A model generated the notes under the pieces. It saw only the letters and a list, made by a program, of their open reading frames with translations. It made no database searches and was not told where the DNA came from. Both the position numbers and the translations under genes were made by a program. Positions 10,010 to 23,200 of a stretch of 47,650 bases of DNA are shown in pieces (the first letter of the stretch is position 1; each line of letters opens with the position of its first letter). Source of the stretch: Bigelowiella natans CCMP2755 (lineage: Eukaryota > Protista > Cercozoa); contig ADNK01002558.1 of the NCBI GenBank assembly GCA_000320545.1, forward strand, positions 1 through 47,650. The letters run 5' to 3'.

Positions 10010-11867
10010 ACAAAGTAGGACGTGATTGATTTGGTCTTATCCGTTGTTATTTTATTCGTAGAATTGAGACTGAGGGACTTGGTTACTTTGACGTGAATGA
10101 TTCGGTTGGCACGATGTCCTACGAATATCCATCCTTTCTAGGAGTTAGAGTTCAAGTTAACATCACAAATCGTGTACCGTGGAACATTCATGAGCCAGAC
10201 TCTGATGGGCCTATGGGACCTATACTCTCTCGTTTTCCACTTCCAACCAAGTAAAGAAATCATTCCTATTATCTTGATTATACTGATTATTCATGCCATG
10301 TTGATGATCCCTTCATTTGAATCGGTAACATTTTGTTTCGAGTCGCCATCATTATCATCATCATCCTCATTGCCATTATCATCTGCCATTTCAGATATTA
10401 CGTTCACTCGTTTGCTTCACGTGCAGAGTATGCAGTGTCAGATAGTAAGAGTGGTGAAATCATAAAGAAGGGAATGGCCTTTGCTCACATGGAAAAGAAT
10501 TGGGGCAACGTCCGCTTAAACACCCACCACGCAAATGATATATGAGATAGATGATGATGATCACTCAAAATTATAAAACAGATCATAATGACACTATTAA
10601 CTATGTGGGTTAGTTGAGCATGGAGAGAAATACTCTGCACAATCGTATTTAACACTGCTGCTTCATGTTTTTCCTTTTCTTCCTCCCCTAGATCCTTTAT
10701 TAGAGATATTTGTTGTTGTTGTTGTTGTTGTTGCCCTGCTGCTTGAAGGTTTTCCCAATTGCTTGGATGTGGTCACAAGCGATTGGCATGATTAACGGTA
10801 GCATAGCTGAATGATTACGAAGATGCTTAAGAAATATAATTCTTATATCAGTACCACTTATTCGCAAATGATGTTATCTTATCTACTCCTTGTCATAAAC
10901 TCAGGATCACTCATTGAGCTGGTAGCTACTTCCTGCATGGTATCTCATTTAGTACCCAAAGTGAGTGTGATAGCGCTGAGAGCTCCAAATATACACTGGG
11001 ACTTCAGGCTCTTAAATGAGCATTCTTTCAAGTACAATCGATACAGTCTGACCAAAGATATAGGTAAAACGATGACTAGGTATCATATACACATGTGGCA
11101 ACTAACTGCTTTTTCTCCCAACAACAAAGCACATTCTAACGATCATCCTGACTAAAAATCAGCTCAATGAGTCGTTTCTACAGTTGTTATGATATCGCCT
11201 ACACATTCACTAATTGGTGGCCTTCATATCCCCCACCCTAAGTCCCTCTTCCTCCCCCCTTTTCCACCCATAGGCACGTGGGACTTTGCTATTGAGTCCA
11301 AAAAAGACGGACGCTTACTTGCTCTCAACTTTAGTTCTCCCTCGTCGAGTTTCTCTGAGAGATTGCTCACACCTACACACAATGGGTTCAGCAATGACAC
11401 AGGCATTGGAGGTCTATTTATTTGTAAGGAGATCGATAATTGCATACTCGAAAAGATATTCTTATCAAAGTAGTAGTAGTAGTAGTAGTTGTCGTAGATT
11501 TAAAACAACAATTCCACAAATTATGATAATGGTAATGATAATGACGATGAGATGCCTTGTGCCATCCTGAGAAGTGAGCTTTTTCTTATGAATACTTCTT
11601 TTCTTTTCACGCCTTAGCGAAAGAGTCCTATGTAGCTCACGTCGATATATTGGCCGTGGACACGAGTAGAGACAACAATAAGCAGCTTCTCAAGGCTAGA
11701 ATCTATCAGGTTATTATGAATACCGAGTACGATTTAGTATTAAAATCACGGCGGTGATATGGTCGTTTCTCATTATTTGCATGTAAATTTTTTGTTGGTG
11801 ATGATTTTAGTCTCAGTCTTTAACTACTTAGGCTGCTCTCGAGTTTGGAGGTGAATATGCAACTTAG
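9384..11867 (+). CDS. Tocopherol cyclase-like protein, multi-exon; start codon uncertain (may lie upstream)
   Basis: PFIDGWFVRV...SFA, PW...GPMG...LP, AHMEKNWGN|VFPIAWMWSQ and terminal AALEFGGEYAT* resemble VTE1-family motifs (FFEGWY, EKNWGxxFPxxWxW, AALExGG). Confidence 0.7.
9850..10005. repeat. Tandem duplication of an intron 5' segment plus (GA)n
   Basis: GTAATGATAATAATAATAATAAAGCATGTTTTTAGCC followed by (GA)n occurs twice (9850 and 9929). Confidence 0.85.
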
Positions 11868-12049
11868 TCATAATGGAAAAATAGAGCAGATATATAAATT
11901 AACATAATCAATTGATGCGTTGAAATTTGAGAGCACAACATTATATCTCGTTGCCTCTCTGATACCTACTGGGGTCAAGACTTCAAAGTACTAACTTTTC
12001 AAACTTTCTGGCATGTTCTCCGAGATATTAAACCATCATAAATCAAGAT

Positions 12050-12600
12050 GAAGGTTCAGATGCACCATGATGAGATGTGTGCTATCACACATGTCCATTG
12101 TGAACGCAACAGTTTTCATCTAGCAATTGAAGCTTCTGCACTATGAACAACATGCATGAATTTAAAGTGCATGGTTAATGTCTCCATGCTTTACTCATAT
12201 TTCGACCTTGCTAGCTTGGGCGCATTGCTAGCTAGCTAGATGAATTGTTGGAAGAAGCACATGGCGAGACTAGGAGGTGGCTAGATGGCGAGAGCATGTC
12301 ATCAATCCAAACGACATGCACATCTAGATGTGTCGACGTTCATTAGGTTTGCTAGTTTGCCCATCACATTCAAGAATCGGCGGCTGCATTCATTTCAAAA
12401 ATAAATTGACATAGCTGTGGCGCTGCCAAGTCTAGAAGTTGTTGCCCACATCTGATTTAGCCATGCTTGCATGCATGCACTTACACGCAGATGTAAAAAA
12501 ATAAATGCAGCTACATTGTGATGGCCGTCACGGCCGCACTCATTTCGATAGTTGGCAATTTGACCCAGGGATGACAATGTAGAATGTTAATAAGGTAGAA
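12050..12600. repeat. Decayed repeat island, TpA reduced, CTAG-rich
   Basis: GCTAGCTAGCTAG, many CTAG and CATG; lies between two convergent genes. Confidence 0.55.
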
Positions 12601-12899
12601 GGTCGCATGTCGGCTCTGTTAACATTTGCAGCTAAGATTCACCAGTCGAACGTATGAATAGACGACTCATTAGGATTCGACAATGCAATGCTCTGAATTG
12701 GGAGTGAAGAAAATTTCCCTTTGATTCAAATAAAAGTCTAACGCATCTACAAATGTTACGCATCCTTCATTGCCTAAAAAAGGAGAAAAAAATAGTCATT
12801 TTGAAAAAAAATAAAATAAACAGTTTATAGTATCAATGTTGCACTTAGGTTCTTACTTTCATCACGTAGGCGATTGTCAGAATAGGATGCATGGTCTGT

Positions 12900-15800
12900 C
12901 AACGAGATGCATTTGCGTGCTGATAGGATAGAAAATCTGCATAATGATAAGACCTGAATTAGACGTGGTGGTGATAATCATATGACCTTTACCTAGTGAA
13001 ATCCGCAATCGATTCTCTCACCACACAGCAAATGTCGTTCATCTCTACGTAGTTCCGGATCTGTTTATAGAAATACATTCATTTATAAAGTGCAAATTAT
13101 TTCGCAAAACATTATATTTAAGCGAATGATCTCCCTATGTGTCCTAATATTCTTGAATAATATTGACACCTTAGTCCTATCCGCTGGGTCAGACCATTGA
13201 AGAAATCGAAACCCGCTGTCGCACCAGAAATGCCTTGAATGAACTTTCTGTCCGTAATTAGCTACAGGGGATACAATAGTCTTATCCTCCTTACAAGTTC
13301 AATCATTGGATCTCGTGTACTTTTGTATTTTGAGAAAGTCTGCCCCCTCCGAAGTATTTCGAGAGTTTTCTGTGACAAAACCGTTAGTACGGACTACAGA
13401 GATAATCTGTATTACACTGATCGAAACCTTCGCCTGCAGAACTTTTTGCTCCAGATATTTCTTATCTTTATCTAAGGACTGTTGATGAATTTATTCGTTC
13501 TTTCAGTACCGTCATTAAATTAATCTTAGAAACCATGGTAAGTACCTTGAGATAGGATGACAGACCCAAATATGCATACTGTTGGAGCCATCTAAGACCC
13601 TGTTGCAATATTGATTTCGTAACTTAGGCAAAAATCAAGAAAGTGTATACAAGATACAAGATTTGTTGTAGATAGCTTACTCACGGTCCGTGTAAAACCC
13701 CTTTTGTGACTAGCATTACTGCAATTACAACTACTACGCCCCACCCCCCCTCCCCCTCTCATAGTCGCTAAGGGATGGTTAGTGTGCACAGATCTTCGTG
13801 TGGTACGTGACGCAACTAGCTACTAAATTGTGCTAAGAAAAAGTATGCTTTCAGATGAGAGAAAGAGGGATTGAGGTTTTTGCGGAGGGGTCGCTCGTAT
13901 ATTAATCACCCTAATCCATCTTCTCTGTAAAGCCTTGGAAGATGCTTCTAACTCGAGTGTTCTAGCGGAGCATACAATCTTGATTCCGTTATTTGCACTT
14001 TCAGCAACCTATTAAATAAAATATGAGCATTATCAGAACGTATAAATTATTTCTGTGTCTCAAATACTTGTTGTATTGAATGTGAATCGATGTAGCCTAG
14101 GGTGTTCTCTTTCACCTAAAAGTAGACAGATAAATTGAAATATGCTAGAGCAATAAATGACAGCTTATCTTAATTCAAGTCAGTACGTCTGTACTGTTCA
14201 GGTCCTCCATTGGAATAGTAAATTCTCTCTCACCGTATCACTCCAAACGATTCGAGCTAAATTTCCTGTTGACCAAATTATTCTCTGCCTCTCGCCTCGT
14301 CGTGAAGCAGCATTTTTGAATTTCTTAAAAATGCCTCCCTGTATGAACGAAAGTAAGTAATTGTGTACATAGAACGTAATTAAATATTCCAGAGATGTCT
14401 GTGATTATTAAAATAACCTCTTTCAGCATGTCACAGATTCCTATATCAGTCAACTTTTCGAACAAATATAATGTCATTTTACACATTGCTTGTTGGAATA
14501 GATTGGTAATTCTTATACCTTCTCGTCAAATTGTTCTCCTAAACTCTCGATCAATATTGGATTCATCGATTGACCAAACCTGTCAAAAATTACATGTTTA
14601 CTATAGAGCCAAAATTTTGTGGTGTCAAAGTGTATCATTTGAACTAGATGCACCGATTTGATAAATGATCGGCATGGTTTGTAGTCTTTGATTTATTTCC
14701 CAGAAGACCCTGAGGGAACCCCGCCTTGTGGCTCATAGAAACTTGAGAACATTAAAATATTGAATTCTACCTTTGCGCTGTATTTTTCATCGAGTTCGGC
14801 ACCCTTACCAGTTCATTTTAGTCATATTCACACAAGTTAACAGTTATATATCCCACATATATAGAAAGAGGAGGAGCATGTTCATAAATGAATATATAAT
14901 GATAAAATACACATTGTCTACACACAAATATCATATGAAGGTTAAGTTGTAACCTCCTCGAAGAGATTAGCATAGAATGGGACAGAATTCAAGTTTTGGG
15001 AAATATCGGGCTAATAAGAACAATAAGAATATTGACAAACTATCAGCTCAATAGAACACACGTTCGAGCAAGATGATGCTAGGGAAGTAATAAGATCCAA
15101 CTAAATGTAAATAGTACCATCTCGGCTTGCGTTGCAAGGATGGCTGTCTCGATAACCTATGTCATTAAATTTTTTTTTTAATGGAACACCTTTGACATGT
15201 ATAACATTTACTAGATTTTTGTGCTTCGCATCTCTCTGAAGAATTGCCAATGTCTCCTTTTCCTGGTAGAAGTACGAATGTTACTAACCTTCACTTAAAT
15301 TGCCATATCTATGTACCGCTCGTAGAACATTTGGGCTGAATACTATTGCCAGGTTGCTTGCTGTCATTTTACTTTCTGAGGAAAAGAAGCTTGCCTGTAA
15401 TAGGTTTGGCATTAGACCATCGAAGAACTTTAGCCATAATGACATGGGGAACCCATTATTTGGATCACATTACAATGGAATTAGCCCTTAAATGTTTTGA
15501 AAAAATCAAATGAAGCAGGTTACCTCTTTCAAGAAATGGAACAGAAACCTAAAGCAGAGTCCTTCCAACTCGGGAAGCCGTGCGAGAATCGTCGGCAACA
15601 CCTTGCAGAAGAGAAGCACATTAACCTTTGAGTCTAGATTCATAATGTATCATACCTGATTAAAATTCTTTTTCCGCGCCATATCAAGGAGGTCAGGGTA
15701 GAGGTCATAAGTTAACAAAGGATCTGGCATCTCTCGCAAGAATAGTTTGAGAAGTCCGGCCACTACGAAAGATAATGTTAATATAGTGTTGGATTCGTCA

Positions 15801-18800
15801 AGTTGGTTTTATGGGTATACCAGCGTTGATGTCAGCTTCTAGAAGTTTATCTTTAAGCTGAAGATAAGGTTACTTTGTTTAAGTGTTTAAGCTTCCTTTT
15901 CACATGCATGTAATTACATTTGTGTCTTTTGCTTCATAGTCGTAAAGTTTCTTCAGCATATTAATCTGAATGGAGGGGAATTTATGTTCAAAATTCTTTT
16001 GAGGGCTTGTATTTACACACCTCTGACATAGAGCCTGGAATACGAAATATCCCTTCTTCGCTCAGTCTGTTAAAACCAGATAGAAAGTCAGGAGTCCAGA
16101 TTTATCCAGTAGAATGCATGAGAACCCTTTTTCCCGTATAACTTCTACGCAGTCTAAAAGAACCTGATTTAACGTAATTGTTGCCTGTCTTAAATGTGAT
16201 TATTGTTTAGTGTTGTGAATACTTCGGAAATTCCATTTCGTTTCCTGCAATATGCCTACATTAAAGGCAAAGGAAATTCTAATTTTCGCCGAGGAAATCG
16301 TTGCACAATTAATGGACCAGCTGCTTGTGGAACATCTCTGACTGCTTCAATACGCCTCGTCGAAGAAGTTCCTAAGATGTATGGAGACGGCATAAATAAA
16401 ATTATCTAATTACTATTTCTCAGACCTATATGTAGAACGATTTACCTCTTTACTCACTCTTTTTGCGATGAAATTGTTCAACAACCCACTGGATATTAAT
16501 TGAAACTTCAGCATCGATATTTATATACTTTTGCCCAACCTGGCAAGCTTCGAAATCATTCCATAGCTAGTTGCTTTTGTTTCTTATAATATCATGATCG
16601 TGAGATTACATGTTCTCAAATTTAGGTAACTGTATTACCTTTCCTGGTTATCGGTATGGATTTCCGGAACTGACCCGTTTAATAGATCATAGAATTTCAA
16701 ATTTAGTAAATCCTTTTATCTTCCGAATAAGAACTCAGACCTTAAGTCCAGGGCTGCTTTGCCGAGCTTTCACAGCGTCATCATCTGAACTCTAAGTATG
16801 GTGTCCAGATTGTAAGTTTTCCATTGTAAATGTTCAATCACATTTTTTACATCTTTTCCATGGAAATTTGTGCTTGTTCGGCCCCCATTTACTGACTAAA
16901 TGATTGAACATCCACTAAAATAGAGTACACGCGAGATTTGGTTTCAGTTGATATATGGACCGTGAAAATTCTGGGAGAAACAGTGTCGGAATGGCTTTCA
17001 CGACTACAATATTATTTCATTTATTTTTACATTGGTATTTAGGATAGATTTCATTGTGATGTTTTAGTTTTTCAACTGTGTAAACCTAGGAGCGAACAAC
17101 TGATTCCCTGAGGAAAAATTCCAAATTATGATAAACTATCCACATCATTAGGAAATAAGAGGATGTGTAACCAGCTCTGTCTCCATAAGGAGCACTGAAA
17201 TAAAATGAACTCGTATCAACAAATCTATCAATATCTTGGAAATCTTTTAAAAAAAAAGGTTTTCCATTAAATGAAACATACTTTATTCCTGCTCCATTTT
17301 CTCCACCAGTACATCCAACTACAAAATGTTAAAGATAGATTTGTGTGCTTGTAAAAGAGGGTTCAATTACCAAAGGACTCAAGAACCTGCTTCAAATGCG
17401 ATTTTCCATCTCAATAAAAGTTTTCGACTAGCATTAACCGGATAAACGACCAAAGGAGAGCTGCGAATGAATGTCCACTGATTTCATTATGAGCAACGAA
17501 CTTAATGTTACTCATATTGCACCTTTTTGGTTCTGACTTCAATCTAATCCCAACAACTTCTAGCCGCTGTTGATCTAGCAACTGGACGTAGCCTTCGTTT
17601 TATTGTTCATAGGGATCAGTACATTTGTATTTTCTATTCTCGAGGATTACCGTCACGGCATATTGATCTGTTTAGTGTTCCAATGGGGTTGGAAAGATCC
17701 ATTCGAGATAAGAAACATTTGATTTCTTTGGCCTTACGGATTTGTTAATATCAATAAATGCTTACAGGTTTGTGAGAATAACACCTTTCGATTGTACAGG
17801 CAATAAAAGTCGTGCCATTTGCCTTGCGTAAGGACATTGTGCCGAAATGAAAGATATCCCTTGTGCTCAACCTGGTCAACATGTTGAGTTTCCAATGTCC
17901 TACCTTCGACATGGGATTCGAGCCTGTGCAGCTAACGGGAGAATGAGTAACCTTTTATTTGAATTACCCTCAGGTGCAACCGAAATCATGATAACTACCG
18001 AGGAAGAGATTTGTTGTTTTTGCCGCAACTCAGAGCCTGTAGACTGTTCGCTGTTTCTGGACTCATCCGTATCAAACTAAAATTTTAATTTTAATTCGAA
18101 ATTCCTTACATGGAAAAAACGAATTACCAATCTTTTCTGTTCGATAGTATCTACAGGCCCTGAGTCAGCTAGTGGCATGCAATTAGGTCTCTCCCACTGC
18201 GATTGTTTAGTGATCTGGTTGTAGTAGTACTGCTTTCCTTCGTCGTCGAGGAGGGTTACCCATCCAGGATAAACATCCCACTGAGACTGTTTCGTGGTTT
18301 GGTTGTAGTAATACAGGCGACCATCATCGTCCCGAAGAGCCACCCATCCAGGGTGAAGAGTTTCACTTAATGCAGATGTTGCACTCAGCTCGGGCTCCGA
18401 AAAACTTGTTCTTCCCATTGACTTTTTACTATTAGATAACGATGTTTCTCGCTTTGTGCTTGTAGTTTTTGCAGCGACTGATCGCCTTGTCGGGGGAGGT
18501 GGAGGAACCCTTTTGTTTTCCCTGCGAGGGTAGAAAGGTATATCACTTTAACAAGATTCGTCCTCAACAGCATACGCTATGACCTTCCTCCCGCTGATGA
18601 ATAGCGAGAATTAATATCCAGTGTTACTGGGCTTTTTTCTCGGTCATTGCCGCGATGGCCTGATGAATGACGAGCGACTGGAGATGGTGACCTTGAGCTT
18701 AACCTCCCTGATGCTGAGGGCGACACGGGATTCCCAGGAACTGTTGGAGGGGTAGGTCTCCGTGATTTTCGCTTTGGAGATGATGAGAAAGGAAAGGGAG

Positions 18801-18860
18801 GTGGCGATTTCGAGTTTATCACACTAGTTGGAGCATCGCTCGTGGAATTTGACGAATCCT
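12900..18860 (-). CDS. Tandem-WW / RhoGAP / PH-domain protein, many exons; boundaries approximate
   Basis: Two WW repeats (GWVALRDDDGRLYYYNQTTKQSQW; GWVTLLDDEGKQYYYNQITKQSQWERP). RhoGAP motifs EEGIFRIPGS (~16035-16075) and VAGLLKLFLREMPDPLLT (~15710-15765). PH-like segments GGIFKKF...RIVW and RTLELEASS...RWIRVI. Ser/Pro-rich N-terminus. Confidence 0.75.
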
Positions 18861-19339
18861 ATGTATTGTGATCGAGTCAGATTGTTCATGATGTCTCACT
18901 TAATTTTGTGCCATTTCACCCACCACAGAATGCAAATCTTTGATAACAAGTTGCATTAAATTCATTAAGCATCACACAGCATTCAAGATGCACTATCGCG
19001 TATTGACTAAAATCATGGTTGTGAAACGTAAATTTACAAACAAAACATAAACATCATGATACGAACGCTTCTTCGGGCTAGATGCGTGTAAATTGTTTCA
19101 TCAAATACCACGCTATCGATGTTACTGGTGTCATTATGCTGTCATCTAGAATTGTTCAACCTCAGATATGTTTCTGTTTATACGCCTTCGTAATTCGTTC
19201 ATGGACTGAGAAGGGAAGATCTTCCTCCCTGCTGGGTTGTACTTCATTGCTGCTGCTCAGTTTGGATGGGTTGGGAGTAGGGGCGAGGAATTCCACAGTC
19301 GTGATGTTGTTGTCGCAGGTGTAAAACGGATCGCATTTG

Positions 19340-19716
19340 GTCATCGTAAGACAGCAAAAACCAACCTGCTCATCATCTCACATGACAAAATTGAACCAGG
19401 ATTCTCTGTCGCGGCAGCAAGATGGCATCGAATTGAAACAGACGCAAATTAGTGCCTCATTTTTTGTCAACTGCACCATTGCACTCGATTGTCACATCCA
19501 GCTTGTCAGCAGCGCTCATGCACGTCTTGTTTGAACATCGAAATGAATGTTGCATGAATCAATCAAGCAATCAACACGAATCATGGTGCTCCAGTTGATT
19601 GGAGAAGGCACGGATGAGTCAGCGTGTCCCGTCGTTTTTCCAACCACTCCACGCTGGCACGATTCACCAGTTCAGGCGTGCTGTTACGTGTGCTTGTGGC
19701 GCCGAGCTGGCGCTGC
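19340..19716. repeat. TpA-depleted decayed repeat flanking the LTR nest
   Basis: Very few TA over ~370 bp; CA/TG-rich. Confidence 0.55.
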
Positions 19717-19830
19717 TGTTGCGCGCAGGGTGCCGCTCGGTGCTCAAGTGCTCAAGGTGGGCGCTGAGTGCTCAAAGGGGAGGGGGACACGTTTGCTTCC
19801 TTTTGGATGGTCAATTTGTTTTCATCGATG
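19717..19830 (-). mobile_element. Left half of the interrupted 3' LTR of an old, hypermutated copy of the same gypsy family
   Basis: TGTTGCGCGCAGGGTG and CACGTTTGCTTCCTTTTG match the intact LTR (TGTTGCGCGTAAGGTG; CACGTTTGCTTCCTTTTG). It continues at 25551 after the GATG duplication. Confidence 0.85.
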
Positions 19831-20156
19831 TGTTGCGCGTAAGGTGTTCACAGGCCGAGGCGCTACGTGCACAAGTAGGCAGGGGGGGGGAAAGGCACGT
19901 TTGCTTCCTTTTGAAGAGTTGTGTTTATTTTTATTAAAGATTATATTTTTATTAAATCGTGCACTGCGTAATCATTCGCGAAGCTTTCGCGAATGCCGCC
20001 GCACGTGGGGCAGCACACTTCCGGTGTGCTGCCATGAGTCCCGCCGGAACCCACGTGCCTATGCTGTATTAATATCTACGTTATCTATATTCTATATCCG
20101 CGACAACCCCTTTGTTGTCGCACGTGACTTGTGCCCGCGTAGTGGTACGCGCTACA
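19831..20156 (-). repeat. 3' LTR of the intact element
   Basis: Direct repeat of 25221-25546; adjacent to the PPT. Confidence 0.95.
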
Positions 20157-20166
20157 CCTCCCCCAA
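20157..20166 (-). promoter_or_regulatory. Polypurine tract
   Basis: CCTCCCCCAA on + (TTGGGGGAGG on -) abuts the LTR. Confidence 0.8.
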
Positions 20167-20207
20167 GTCACGTTGCTCCTTCCTTCCTTCCTTATTCCCT
20201 TAGACCT

Positions 20208-23200
20208 TCATCGCTTTCGGAACTTCACCAACCACCAGGTAATAGATTCCTCTCTAACCTTATCTCCTTTGTCGCTTACCCAGAACTCACCTTCGTCCTT
20301 AGGTTCGTGTCCATACCAGCCCTCTGCATCAAGGTCCCCCAGGACCTTATACCAGTGCTCAAAGGGTAAGTCGGGAACAGCTAGGTAGAGTAGCTGATAT
20401 TTTCCGTCCTTTATTTTCATAGCTACCCTCTCCATATTTCGTAATCCAGGGTAGCCTAGATAGACAATCTTCATGCGCCAATCGTCGTTCACCCTGACCT
20501 TATTGTTTCCATATTCCACATCGAACTTAGGTCGGGGTCCTAAACAAGGCATTGCTCGCTCCCACACAGTAGGGTTTACTTTAACATCCTCTAGGAGCTT
20601 CTCACCGATATCATAATTCTTTAGGTGACTGATGTGGCGCAAGGTGACCCTGTTCCCATCATAGATGTAGTACTGCTTCCTCCCCTTCCTCTCGGTAACC
20701 TTTGCAACGCCACCCCAGAAGGGGTCTTGTTTATTTCTCGATCTCAGATTTACCTTGGCCCTAACATACTGTCCTTCCTTTAGAACTCGGCCATCGTACG
20801 GGACCTTCTCGTCTTCGCTCTCGGTATCGTCGTCGTTGTCGTCGCCTTCTTCCCTCTCCTTATCCTTGATACCTCCCCCAGACGTGAAGGTGTCGTTTAC
20901 TAACCCTTGTATCTTGTCTGGTGTGGTGCTATTTATCCTGCTTAGGTTGGCCAAGGTGCGGTGGAGTCGCTCTACCTTGGAGTTGGACTGGGCATAGTAT
21001 ACAGGTGAGGCATCAATATTAGGGTGTGGTAGCTGTAGAAGAGAGGTCTCATTATCCACATGTAACTTCTTTGGTATCTTGTTTATGCTAACTTCATCAG
21101 GGATAGCCTGGAGCTCAGACTCCCAGGTACGGTAGCAGTTAGTAAGCCTCTGCTTATATAAGCCTTTGTTCTTCTTAGCAACGTTGACCTTGATAATCTT
21201 TTTAACCCAGCACTTTCCAGTGGCCACATCAACGAAGGTAAGGTAGTGATAGCCATCGTACTTATAAACATCAATTTGCACGATATCTAAGAAGTTCCTT
21301 GCTTTGATTTTCTTAGATGCACGGCTCTTGCTGGACTCCTTGGTGGCGACGCCTGCCGCCTTCAAGCTGGAGCACCTGCAGCCACGCAGGTATGTCCTTA
21401 TCTCTTTTAGCTTGTAGGGCCAGTAGTAATGGTAGAGTAGAGCAGTGATATGGTTTTCTCCTACGTGTGCAGGTCCATGGGCGGTAAAGAGAAGGGCTCC
21501 CCTGGTCCGCCGTGGCACGTAGGTACGCCTAACATTATTAGTGTATACATATATCCTATCACTAAGTACCTCATGCTTGTGTTTGTATTTATCCAGGTGT
21601 TCTTGAAGGTGCTGGAGCTCCTCTGGCTCAGGCAGGAAGTCGCCGTCCTCGAAGGTAATCGCGTTAACCATAGGGGTGACCTGGGTAGGGACTTTCTTTT
21701 CGAACAGCCTGCTGAAATAGTCAGCAAGCTGCTTGTCTCCTGGTGCGTAGACCACTGTCCTCTTGTCCCTAAACTCTTCCGTGTCCGCCCTCATAGCTGC
21801 ATACTCATCGTTAGGCGCTTCGAGCTTGCGGTCGATGCCTAGGAGGGGCTTGTGGTCAGTCATTAAGGTGAAGCTGGGCACCGACAGCAGGTAGTATCTT
21901 AGTTTCCTCTGCGCCTCAGTCATGGCTTTATACTCTCCTTTTGTAGGGCTGTACTTGGCCTCAGCTGCTGTGCAGGCCCTGCCCCACACCCGTATGATCT
22001 GCTGGTCTTGGGTAAGTACAGCAGCCATACCTAGCTTAGACCAGTCTGTCCATAGGGTAGCTGGTCTAGTAGTGTCTAGCTTAGCATTCAATAGGGTGTT
22101 GCTGCATAACTTTATTAGGTTATCGAAGTGGGCATCAAGGCCAGCCTTGGCCCACACCTTAGCGAAGCTGAGGCCTACAGAGTTCTCCTTCCGGTAAGCA
22201 GTAGTAAAAGCAGCTGCAGTCCTAGCGTAGGTAGGGGAGAACCTACGTAGTATCCAAGCTGCAGTCTGCAAGAATGACTTTAACTCCTTTGCATTCTTAG
22301 GTTTAGGGGCTTGCTGTAGTGCTGCTACTTTCTCGGGGTTTGGGGTGATGCGGCCTTGCTCCAGGTAATATCCACACCACTTGATTCTTGTAGCTAGGAA
22401 TGTACACTTCTGCAGTCTAATAGTAAAACCGAAGTGTGCAAACCTAATAAATATATTTTCCAGGAGGAAGATCTGAGCGACGACTGTGTTGGTACATATT
22501 ATGTCATCATCCACATACACAAACACAAACACCCACAACACAGACGCCATCCCATCATGTGTGTATGCCCTGTAGTTCTGACTACTGAACGCATCCCCTG
22601 ATATGCTTAGGCCGTAAGGGAATACGACGAAGTGCCACTTCCTGTGCCTGCTGGAGAACGCGGTAATGGGGCGGGAGGTTTTGTGGATGGGTGTCTGCAT
22701 GTATGATTCATTTTTATCTAGGGAAGAGTAGTATTTGTATCCTATGACGTGTTCAATAACGTCATCTATCCTTGGTGTAGGTGTCTGGATCCTCTTTATT
22801 ACTCGGTTGTGGCGGATGAAGTTGTGCGCCAGGCGGAAGAAAGGGTAAGTAGGTATCTTAGCTAGCACATGTCTCACGTTCCATGGTGAGTTGCTTGGCT
22901 CTATCTTCCCTTCCTTTGCCCATTCATTGATCTGCCACTCTATCTTTTCCCAGTCCGCTTCCGGTCGCCTATGTTCTGGGTCATTGATGATGCACTCTTC
23001 GTATCCCTTCTTTAGCTCGATCTTTACTGGGGTAAGCTTGCTGGAGGGCTTCGTCGTCGGCTTGGTGATGTCAGAGTACTTCTCGTTTAATATTTTATTA
23101 ATGTACTTTTTGCCTTTGTCGATATCCCAATCATCAGCTGGGGGGGTCTTGTCCAGTAGCTCCGTTATCTGTCGGATGGTCTTGCCGGGGTTCTTCTTCC

